Below, piece after piece: positions 27,460 through 35,077 of a stretch of DNA of 48,867 nt (position 1 is the first letter of the stretch; each line of letters opens with the position of its first letter). The notes below the pieces were generated by a model. That model saw nothing but the letters and a program-made list of their open reading frames with translations, had not been told where the DNA came from and made no database searches. The position numbers and the translations under genes were made by a program. Source of the DNA: Candidatus Enterosoma sp. GTDB taxonomy: Bacteria; Bacillota_I; Bacilli_A; RFN20; CAG-288. The stretch covers positions 1 through 48,867 of the forward strand of contig JBNMLQ010000002.1 in NCBI GenBank assembly GCA_050874925.1, given 5' to 3'.

Positions 27460-28827
27460 TCAGTTTCTGTTTTTTTCCATCGGCTTGAATGTAGTCATGA
27501 ATCTTTTCAGCAAAAAAGTGCAGAAATACGGAAATGTATACACTTTATCATCATAACCTATGTTATTTGCTGACAATTTGAAGCCATAGGCAATATCCCT
27601 ATATTTATCCAAGGAAATCAAAGAACGCATCGACTTGGAATTACCGCTTCTTGCTTTTACTTCGATAGGAATCAGGTTTTCCGCAGAACGGATAAAAAAG
27701 TCTTCTTCAAGCGTTGAATCCTCGCGCTTATAATAATACAGCTTATATCCGGCTTTTACCAAAGCCTCACCGACAACATTTTCATAAAGCGCCCCCTTAT
27801 ATACACCGAGATTTTTATTTGCCCGCAAATCATCCTGTGATTCTTCATCCAAAAGCGAAACAAGCAAACCCGTATCCGCAAAGTACAATTTGAATTTGTC
27901 TATATTGCAATTCCCAGACAATGGCAGTTCCGGTGACTCTAAACAGTAACAAGCATTTACGATACCTGCATCAACCAACCATTCTGCACATCCGCGATAA
28001 TCCTTAAAACGGGCACCTTTTTCAATTTTTGATAGCTGGAATTTTTTATTTTCCTTTGCAAGTTGTGCCGGAATGCTATTGAAAACATTCAATATTCTCG
28101 TTTGATCGACTCCTTCTGCATATTTACGGATATCTTCTTTATAATCGGCAATGAGTTGATGTTGCGTATCCAAAGAACCCTCAAATGTCCCTTTTTGAAT
28201 ATAGTCTTTTACTACTGCAGGCATCCCACCTAAAATCACATAATCAAGAAATATTCCATGGAACAATGAAAATTCAAATTCATTGAACGGATTGAGATTC
28301 TTCATATGTGAAAGCATATTGTCAATCACATCCTCGTCATAACCCTTGGCCCATAAGAATTCTTCAAAATCCATCGACTGCATTTCATAATCGGTCTTAT
28401 TGCCAACGCTATTGCTTTCGATTCTTTTGTAATTGAGACCTAGCATGGAACCACTGCAAATCACATCGAATCTCCCGTCTTCATTAAAAAATTTAAGTGA
28501 TGTCGCTATTTCCGGGAACTCCGTTATCTCATCAAAGAATATAAGAGTATTTCCATCTATGAATTTCTTTGATGGATCCAGCAACGAAATGTTCTTGACA
28601 ACAGCCTTTGCTCCATAACCATCTATCGTTATTTTCTTGTATTTCTCTTCCTTTACAAAATTGATTTCGACAAAACTCTTATATCCAGCAATTTTCGCAA
28701 AATGACGAATAGATTCCGTTTTCCCTATCTGACGGCACCCTCTTACAATAAGAGGCTTCCTACGAGGGTCATTTTTCCAATCTAACAAAAAAGTATCTAT
28801 TTTTCGTCTTAAATAATCGTTTGACAT
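27460..28827 (-). CDS. AAA_14 / DUF4143 ATPase (COG1373 type)
   Basis: Walker A GCRQIGKT, Walker B LIFFDEI, C-terminal ..IPIEVKARSGNSK.. block typical of DUF4143. Start trimmed to MSNDYL behind AGGAG. Confidence 0.85.
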   Translation of the reverse strand: MSNDYLRRKIDTFLLDWKNDPRRKPLIVRGCRQIGKTESIRHFAKIAGYKSFVEINFVKEEKYKKITIDGYGAKAVVKNISLLDPSKKFIDGNTLIFFDEITEFPEIATSLKFFNEDGRFDVICSGSMLGLNYKRIESNSVGNKTDYEMQSMDFEEFLWAKGYDEDVIDNMLSHMKNLNPFNEFEFSLFHGIFLDYVILGGMPAVVKDYIQKGTFEGSLDTQHQLIADYKEDIRKYAEGVDQTRILNVFNSIPAQLAKENKKFQLSKIEKGARFKDYRGCAEWLVDAGIVNACYCLESPELPLSGNCNIDKFKLYFADTGLLVSLLDEESQDDLRANKNLGVYKGALYENVVGEALVKAGYKLYYYKREDSTLEEDFFIRSAENLIPIEVKARSGNSKSMRSLISLDKYRDIAYGFKLSANNIGYDDKVYTFPYFCTFLLKRFMTTFKPMEKNRN

Positions 28828-28849
28828 AGCAGTCTCCTGTTTTGCTTCC

Positions 28850-28878
28850 ATTATAGCAGTCATGAAAATGAGTCGCAA
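28850..28878 (-). promoter_or_regulatory. promoter of the AAA_14/DUF4143 gene
   Basis: On the minus strand: TTGCGA, 17-nt spacer, TATAAT. Confidence 0.55.
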
Positions 28879-29109
28879 GATTATTCAACACTTTTTTGAG
28901 CCACTTTTGACATATCATTTACACTTTTTCTGGCGAGTTTTGCATTGTCAATTACAAAAATCCTTTTTCTTATATAACAAAAGCAAGTTAAAGATTTTAT
29001 GACAAAAGAAGAAAATAAACCAAGTTGGCTAATATTGTAAACAGCATGATAAAATTCCAGGCAAACCTACACTAATGTTCCGATAAGTTTCATTATCGTT
29101 ACCTGTTAG

Positions 29110-30462
29110 CTATCTAATGACCTTCCAATACCCTTTTTTGTTCGTTCCGACTCTTTCTATGAAACCTTTCTCTTCCAAAGAGATGAAGACTCTTGAAACA
29201 GTTCTTCTTGATATGTTGAGGTTCACAACCAAGGCGCCATAAGAAACATTCGGATTATTGATTAGCTCTAGCAAGACTCTTTTCTCATTATCCGTCAACT
29301 CTGTATCCGATATCTTATCGCAATCTTCATTGATCTTTTCGACATCATTTTTGCCGAAGTTAATTTGTGATGTGACTTTCTCATTAAATGGAATGATGAC
29401 ATTGACGTAAGTATCATGCACGTCAAAGACACCTTTTCCATATTTTTCAATAATCTTAGGGATACCATGGCCGGTATGTTCCACTATTCCAAGCTTCAGG
29501 AAAATACGCATAAGAACATTATTTCGGGGATGACTCACACCATTAAAAAAATCATCGATGGTTATTTCTTTTGGAATGCCACCATGTGATGTGATTTCCA
29601 GCCTATCGTCATAGAAAGAAACCAACGGTTCCGAAATCGTCCAATCATTATGAACAAAAGCATTGACCAAAGCCTCATTGACTGCATCCATATCATAAAG
29701 ATACTCATCAACACGAGGCCTTACTGTTGTGTCAGTTACACAAATATTTTCAGCGATAAGCCTGTCCTTAATCCTTTGCAATCCTAATATTATGCTTTGA
29801 TTGCCATAATCATTTCTTTGAGAGATTGATGCTTTTGTGTTTCCTTTAAACTTAACAAAAATTATCGGAATCATATTTCTATCGGCTAATATTTCAGCCA
29901 TTAGATTGTATGTTCCATCTTCTCTTTTCAAATTAAAATTACTGCAAAAAGTCGATTCATTTATATGATACCCCTTGCTTACAAGCAAGACTTTCAACAT
30001 ATCGAAAGATAAAGGCGCATAATGGGATGGTGATTTAAGTATATAATCATCATCCACAAAATTCATTTTGTATCTATATTCGATTTCAGCAGTCATCATT
30101 TCCTTACACGTGGTGCCAATTCGAACAAGACACCCCTTTGATGAAAAACCATATTTTTTAATACAATAAAGAGGCTTCAAACCACGTTTTACGGAGATTT
30201 TAAGAACCGTCTTCCCCTCATCTATTAACAATGATATAGAAATTTCGTTTGAAGGTTCCGGCTCAATTTGAGACGTGATGATATCTGATATCTTCTTTTG
30301 TATGTCATCCATGCTGCCGTGCTGAAGACCGATAACGCCACCATTATCATCTATTCCAATTAGAATATCTCCACCATTACGATTCAAAAAAGAAACAATA
30401 TCCCTAACAACGGTATCAGAATATTTTTCTTTCAATTCCAAATTTTCAGATTCGATATACAT
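29110..30462 (-). CDS. AlbA_2 (Schlafen-like) / HATPase_c_4 / winged-HTH protein, paralog 2
   Basis: Collinear with paralog 1 at roughly half of positions by eye (ESENLELKEKY..FLNRNGGDILIGI..YCIKKYGFSSKGCLVRIGTTC..VNAFVHNDWTISEP..HTGHGIP..KKGYWKVI). Confidence 0.85.
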   Translation of the reverse strand: MYIESENLELKEKYSDTVVRDIVSFLNRNGGDILIGIDDNGGVIGLQHGSMDDIQKKISDIITSQIEPEPSNEISISLLIDEGKTVLKISVKRGLKPLYCIKKYGFSSKGCLVRIGTTCKEMMTAEIEYRYKMNFVDDDYILKSPSHYAPLSFDMLKVLLVSKGYHINESTFCSNFNLKREDGTYNLMAEILADRNMIPIIFVKFKGNTKASISQRNDYGNQSIILGLQRIKDRLIAENICVTDTTVRPRVDEYLYDMDAVNEALVNAFVHNDWTISEPLVSFYDDRLEITSHGGIPKEITIDDFFNGVSHPRNNVLMRIFLKLGIVEHTGHGIPKIIEKYGKGVFDVHDTYVNVIIPFNEKVTSQINFGKNDVEKINEDCDKISDTELTDNEKRVLLELINNPNVSYGALVVNLNISRRTVSRVFISLEEKGFIERVGTNKKGYWKVIR

Positions 30463-30499
30463 GTCAGCAAGTCCCCCCTAAATTAATATTATTATAAAT

Positions 30500-30655
30500 T
30501 ATTTTTGCCATTTACTAAAGATTTTTGCCATCGGCATGGGATTTTTGCCAAATCCATTGAGATTTTTGCCACATATGCCGGGATTTTTGCCAAATCCATT
30601 GAGATTTTTGCCACATATGCTGGGATTTTTGCCATTTGACAAGGGATTTTTGCCA
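30500..30655 (-). repeat. array of 8 phased repeats, core GATTTTTGCCA (TGGCAAAAATC in gene sense), period 20-21 bp
   Basis: Core starts at 30501, 30521, 30541, 30562, 30583, 30604, 30625 and 30646. Includes a 42-bp unit duplicated with one mismatch (30561-30602 and 30603-30644). Lies directly upstream of the TATAAT of paralog 2. Confidence 0.9.
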
Positions 30656-30760
30656 TTATGATTAGATAAAGAGATCAAATATATAAAATAAGATTTAACC
30701 CTTTGTTATAACGAAGGCATATTTCTGTTGTTTACTAATACATAAAAGCTATTTTTTATC

Positions 30761-30860
30761 AAAAAAGACATCCCAATTACTTAGGATGCCGTTCAAGAAC
30801 CAAACCTAGGAAACTATTTGCGTTATGGAACCCTAAGGGTGGTTCATCTCCAATCATTTT
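30761..30860 (-). repeat. tRNA-Ala trailer plus terminator module, copy B (inverted relative to copy A)
   Basis: Its reverse complement matches 17248-17346 with few mismatches, including the terminator hairpin and T-run. Confidence 0.85.
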
Positions 30861-30888
30861 TGATGGAGCCGAGCCAACCGGGAGCGAA
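30861..30888 (-). repeat. partial copy of the 3' 23 nt of tRNA-Ala(CGC) (att-like direct repeat)
   Basis: Minus-strand TTCGCTCCCGGTTGGCTC[GGCTC]CATCA versus the tRNA 3' end TTCGATCCCGGTTGGCTCCACCA: 21 of 23 positions plus a 5-nt internal duplication. Same orientation as the tRNA at 32720-32795. Confidence 0.8.
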
Positions 30889-30926
30889 AACTAATTTGAT
30901 GAATGGCAGCATTGCTAGCTAACGCT

Positions 30927-32264
30927 CTATTTTAGGATTTCCCAATAGCCATACTGATTCTTTCCAATTCGTTTAGCAAATCCTTTTTTTGTTAACGATG
31001 TGAGTATTCTTTGAATGGTTTTGTCCCCTCTTCCAAGTGCTTTTTCAAGTTCTTCTTTCCGAATTTTGGGGTTTGCCTTAAGCATCTGATAAACGATTGC
31101 TTCGTTATCTGAAAGAATTTTTAGATCTGCATGGTCAACCGCTTGAACAAATGATTGGACATTCGGCCGAATAAAATCAAAATAAAACCCATAAGCAGTA
31201 TTACGAAATTCCCATTCTACCTTTGCTTCCTGGCAAAGTTGATTCATTCTGCGAAAACCCGTGCCTGATTTTTCGACATCTTTGCACCGGAACAGAATGC
31301 CTAGCATCAATGGATTCCGCTTAATCGATGCAATATTTTTGCTAATAAAATCATATGGAGTAAGATCATCCGGAAACGATCCTGGGTTATAAATTGTTAC
31401 TTTATGTGGATGTATATCGATTTCTATCTCTGGATTGCTTCTGTAATCCGCATGTGCAAAAGCATTAATGACCATCTCATGAATAGCTCTTTCAGGAATT
31501 TCAGGTGTTTCTAGTCTTTTGCGGGAATTGAAGTCGACACGTGTATTTATATGACTTAAAATATAAACTTCTGCTTCATGAATCAATTGATAAATGTTTC
31601 CGTGAAATTCTTTTAAATCGAGGAAAGTGATTTTCTGATCCGTTGCAAAGCAGGCGGCTTTTAAAGAAACAGGATTACCTTTCCCAAAAATAGCATATCC
31701 TGCATTGTTAATTGTTTTATCGAAACATACTTCAAGAGTTGTAAGCAATTCCTCTTTGTCATAGGCTTTCATATCTAAGCGACCGCAAGATATGGATTCT
31801 TGATAGAAATCTAATAGCGTGGAATCGTCAATGTCATCAATAGTGTGCTTTCCTTCGCTTTCCCAACTAAGTGAATAGACAGCTTTTTTGACTAATCTGA
31901 CGAGTTCGTCACGACTCATTTTTCTATTTTGAGTTCCTACTCTGGTAAGAAACTTTCCATAGGCAGAATATGGGAATTGTCGTCCAGAAAAAGAAATTTT
32001 AATCACTGCTTTATTTTCAATGGGAATGACTTCGATAGTCGGGGTGATTTTCGGTTCAATATCACGCATGATGGATTCTCCTAAATCTTTTAAGGTTGAA
32101 TCACTGACAATTTGGCCGATTGCATTACCGTTATCTTTCACGCCGAAATAAACAGTTCCATATCCGTGTTTGTTCAAAATGGAAACCATGGATTCAATTC
32201 CTTCTCTTTTTTCACCAGTAGACTCTTTAAATTCGGTTATTTCTGATTCTTTGCCAAAGTTCAT
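30927..32264 (-). CDS. AlbA_2 (Schlafen-like) / HATPase_c_4 / winged-HTH protein, paralog 3 (divergent)
   Basis: ESEITEFKES..HGYGTVYFGVKDNG, central INAFAHADY..IYNPGSF..KRNPLM..KSGTGF, C-terminal wHTH ..TIQRILTSLTKKGFAKRIGKNQYGYWEIL. Confidence 0.85.
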   Translation of the reverse strand: MNFGKESEITEFKESTGEKREGIESMVSILNKHGYGTVYFGVKDNGNAIGQIVSDSTLKDLGESIMRDIEPKITPTIEVIPIENKAVIKISFSGRQFPYSAYGKFLTRVGTQNRKMSRDELVRLVKKAVYSLSWESEGKHTIDDIDDSTLLDFYQESISCGRLDMKAYDKEELLTTLEVCFDKTINNAGYAIFGKGNPVSLKAACFATDQKITFLDLKEFHGNIYQLIHEAEVYILSHINTRVDFNSRKRLETPEIPERAIHEMVINAFAHADYRSNPEIEIDIHPHKVTIYNPGSFPDDLTPYDFISKNIASIKRNPLMLGILFRCKDVEKSGTGFRRMNQLCQEAKVEWEFRNTAYGFYFDFIRPNVQSFVQAVDHADLKILSDNEAIVYQMLKANPKIRKEELEKALGRGDKTIQRILTSLTKKGFAKRIGKNQYGYWEILK

Positions 32265-32293
32265 ATTTGTGCCTCCTATTTAAAAATTATATA

Positions 32294-32341
32294 AAATGTC
32301 CAAGCAAATGTCCAAGCAAATGTCCAGGCAAATGTCCAGGC
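32294..32341 (-). repeat. 4 x 12-bp perfect-period tandem repeat (gene sense GC(C/T)TGGACATTT) overlapping the promoter of paralog 3
   Basis: Plus strand reads AAATGTCCAAGC x2 then AAATGTCCAGGC x2. Each unit carries TGGACA. The copy at 32309-32314 lies 17 nt from a TATAAT (32286-32291, minus strand). Confidence 0.9.
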
Positions 32342-32719
32342 GCTTTTATAAATTATTTCTATATAACAATCAAAAAAAGGCAAGCATATAGCATTTGACA
32401 AAGCCATTGTTTGTTGCGAATTCGTTAACAAAAAGTCCGCTCCTTCTGAATTCCTTCACATATTCAAGCCTGTCCTGGTCCGTGGATTTATTCATATGAT
32501 TCTGTTAATGAGAGAATATCAGCCCGCCATGGCATTGCTACTGAAAAGCTGGGTGTTCTGAATTGACATACAATCAATTTTAGGGCACAAAAAAAGCGGA
32601 CCGCCATGGATCCACTAATATTGGTTAGTGCTTAAGAATTTCACTAGCATCTAGCCGTATGCCGAAGCAGCCATTAATCAGGTAGACCTGAAGAACAGCA
32701 GTTCGACCACCATTCAATT

Positions 32720-32795
32720 TGGTGGAGCCAACCGGGATCGAACCGGCGACCTTCTCGTTGCGAACGAGACGCTCTCCCAACTGAGCTATGGCCCC
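32720..32795 (-). tRNA. tRNA-Ala (anticodon CGC)
   Basis: 76-nt cloverleaf on the minus strand, G3:U70, anticodon loop TTCGCAA, encoded CCA. Confidence 0.92.
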
Positions 32796-32821
32796 GACAA
32801 TAGTCAATTATAAACAATTGA

Positions 32822-33313
32822 CTATAGAAATGAAAGCATGACTTTATAACTTTCAATCAGCTTCTCAAGAGAGCATGCAGCATTGGCTGCACTCGGTGAA
32901 GGCAAGGGAATGTCATCATCTCCGATGTATTTCCGATAGACATCATGGCTTGCCTTACCCGTAGTAAAGACAGCCCTGATATCATGATTCTTCTTTATCT
33001 CCTCAATCGTCGTTTTTGTCGATACGACATTGCGGATGCTGGAATCAGAGGATGCACGGATATCACATTCATAGATAGAATCATAGAGTGCAATACGATG
33101 TTTCTTTAGAAACACCTTTCTCTCTTCGATGGAGATAGGTTCTTCTTCATGGAAGACTCCAGCCAATATCTTATAGAAGCGATTGGTCTTATGGGCATAA
33201 TAAAAGTTAGCCTTCCTGGTAGCAATGCTGGGAAGAGAACCTAGTATCAGAATCCTTGAATCCGGATTGACGAAAGGCTTCAGGCTTTCATGCGTGACAT
33301 GTGAATATTCCAT
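32822..33313 (-). CDS. DNA-deoxyinosine (hypoxanthine) glycosylase, UDG family 6
   Basis: ILILGSLPS..FYYAHKTNRFY and LPSPSAANA motifs characteristic of HDG-type UDG-superfamily enzymes. Confidence 0.8.
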   Translation of the reverse strand: MEYSHVTHESLKPFVNPDSRILILGSLPSIATRKANFYYAHKTNRFYKILAGVFHEEEPISIEERKVFLKKHRIALYDSIYECDIRASSDSSIRNVVSTKTTIEEIKKNHDIRAVFTTGKASHDVYRKYIGDDDIPLPSPSAANAACSLEKLIESYKVMLSFL

Positions 33314-33322
33314 AATCTAAGA

Positions 33323-33345
33323 AGTGCCTGGCATAGCCAGGCACT
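33323..33345 (-). terminator. terminator-like hairpin after the DUF308 gene
   Basis: AGTGCCTGGC-ATA-GCCAGGCACT perfect 10-bp stem with a weak T-tract. Confidence 0.5.
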
Positions 33346-33356
33346 GAATCAACTTG

Positions 33357-33893
33357 TTACTTCTTAAGTTTGATGACGATAAGCTTCTTGTTGGTGATGG
33401 CAGAAACGATGAGAAGAACGGCATAGATGATGAAGACGATACCAAGAATCAAGGAAGCATACTGCTGAAGTCCGCCAACATTGAACCAGAGAAGGAATCC
33501 GAAGGTGAGAAGCAATGCAGCAAGGACCAGCATGATGACATTGGCCGTCATGAATCTCTTGTTCATGAATCCGGAGAGAGAATCAAGAAGATAGAGAGCA
33601 CCAAGGACGATCATCAGAAGGGCGATGAGCTGGAAATAACCAGTGAAGAGAGCAAACGGAGAAACCGGAAGAAGAGCAAGGCCCAAGGTAAGAAGGATGG
33701 CTCCGCTATATCCGTTGCTTCCGATGAAGCTCTTCTCGATGATGACACCGGCGACGATGAAGCAGGCTCCGGCAGTAAGAAGAGAAATAGAGATGAGCCA
33801 GCCAAGCAACGTATTTCCGCTGACACCGACACATAAGAGGATTCCAAGGACAAGATAGATGATTCCTTGGATCAGGGTTTGTTTGTTTTTCAT
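33357..33893 (-). CDS. HdeD/DUF308-family membrane protein
   Basis: Six hydrophobic segments in the repeated G-x-x-x-I/L-x-G pattern typical of DUF308. Confidence 0.7.
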   Translation of the reverse strand: MKNKQTLIQGIIYLVLGILLCVGVSGNTLLGWLISISLLTAGACFIVAGVIIEKSFIGSNGYSGAILLTLGLALLPVSPFALFTGYFQLIALLMIVLGALYLLDSLSGFMNKRFMTANVIMLVLAALLLTFGFLLWFNVGGLQQYASLILGIVFIIYAVLLIVSAITNKKLIVIKLKK

Positions 33894-33958
33894 GTTTTAC
33901 CTCACATTTTTAGCCTGAATAGTATACATTTAAATTATAATCAAAGGTAGTAAAAATA

Positions 33959-35077
33959 ATGAAAATCATCATCCTTCCGGATTCCTTCAAAGGAACCATG
34001 TCCTCTCTTACCGTCGCAGAGATTCTAAAGGAAGAATTCCAATCAGCTTATCCTGATGCAGAGATACTTTCCCTTCCTTTTGCAGATGGAGGGGAAAACA
34101 GCCTGGACTGCTTCAATAGAATTTGGAAAGACTGTAGCCAAGAACACCTGACCATTCCTGATCCATCCAAAAGAAAGATGATTGAAAGTGAATACCTCAT
34201 CCATCAAGGCATGGCTGTCATCGAATCAGCCAAGGCCATCGGGCTTGACAAAACCAGCATTCACAACCCGGCTTTGACATCAAGCTATGGACTTGGGCTT
34301 CTGATAAAGGATGCCTTAGAGAAAAACGTCTCTTCCTTTCTTGTCACCTTGGGAGGAAGCTGCACCAATGATGGCGGTATCGGTATGCTAGAGGCTCTCG
34401 GATATACTTTTTATGATAAGAATCATCAAAGAGTGATATCTGATAAGAGTTCCTTCCTTGATATCTGCACCATCGAAGATACCAAACTGACGTCTCTTTC
34501 CAAGGCAAAGTTTCAAATCTATAGCGACGTCATCAATCCACTTTTAGGAGAAGACGGAGCCACATATCGTTTTGCCAGACAGAAAGGCGCAAAGGAAGAA
34601 GACATACCTATCCTAGAAGAAGCCATGAAGAATTTCAAAGATACAACCATCCGCTTCACAGGAAGAGATTTTTCTATGAGCGATGGGAGCGGGGCAGCCG
34701 GAGGACTTGGTTTTGCCTTCCTATCTTATTTTGAAAGCAATATCGTCTCCGGTGCTGAAGCCATCCTTTCCCTATATCATTTTGATGAGCTGATAAAAGG
34801 ATGTAACCTCATCGTGACAGGAGAAGGAAGAACGGACATCTCTTCCATGGAAGGAAAATGTATCAGCGTCATCGCCAAAAAAGCATCAAAAAAGAAAATA
34901 CCGCTCCTGCTTGTTTCCGGAACGATCGATGAGGAAGTCATTCCCCGGCTTGAAAGCATCGGTTACCATGAAAGAATTTCAGTCAGCAGTCCAAGAAGAA
35001 GCTATGAAAACATCATCAAACATCCAGAAGAAGACCTCAGAAAGGCCGTGAAAGGATATCTCAAATGTTCTATCTAG
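33959..35077 (+). CDS. glxK: glycerate kinase
   Basis: MKIIILPDSFKGTMSS N-terminus and GEGRTD.. C-terminal motif. Confidence 0.9.
   Translation: MKIIILPDSFKGTMSSLTVAEILKEEFQSAYPDAEILSLPFADGGENSLDCFNRIWKDCSQEHLTIPDPSKRKMIESEYLIHQGMAVIESAKAIGLDKTSIHNPALTSSYGLGLLIKDALEKNVSSFLVTLGGSCTNDGGIGMLEALGYTFYDKNHQRVISDKSSFLDICTIEDTKLTSLSKAKFQIYSDVINPLLGEDGATYRFARQKGAKEEDIPILEEAMKNFKDTTIRFTGRDFSMSDGSGAAGGLGFAFLSYFESNIVSGAEAILSLYHFDELIKGCNLIVTGEGRTDISSMEGKCISVIAKKASKKKIPLLLVSGTIDEEVIPRLESIGYHERISVSSPRRSYENIIKHPEEDLRKAVKGYLKCSI

Larger units (their letters stand above)
30889..32719 (-). mobile_element. candidate 1.8-kb single-gene islet inserted at the 3' end of tRNA-Ala(CGC); no integrase
   Basis: Bounded by the intact tRNA and the partial 3'-end repeat, which is followed by the presumed original trailer. 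Cargo is paralog 3, its promoter repeats and a new tRNA trailer. Confidence 0.45.

Noticed and set aside
30500-30655. Regularly spaced repeats that might be read as a CRISPR array
   Set aside because: The repeat core is only 10-11 nt and the spacers about 10 nt (21-bp period). The spacers themselves repeat as a 42-bp duplicated unit. There are no cas genes in the window. It is better described as an iteron or operator-like array.
30501-30655. The TGGCA core read as sigma-54 -24 elements
   Set aside because: No TTGC -12 element lies 5 nt downstream of any copy.
17248-32719. Calling the whole inter-tRNA segment one integrative element or genomic island
   Set aside because: It has no integrase, recombinase, transposase, or conjugation or phage genes. 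The middle (psuGK, the reductase, the two-component system) has core-like composition. Only the small AlbA_2/ATPase patches look foreign, so only the 30889-32719 islet is called, at modest confidence.
32625-32856. Two 60-aa minus-strand ORFs (32625-32807 and 32674-32856)
   Set aside because: They run straight through tRNA-Ala(CGC) at 32720-32795 and have no RBS. They are artefacts.
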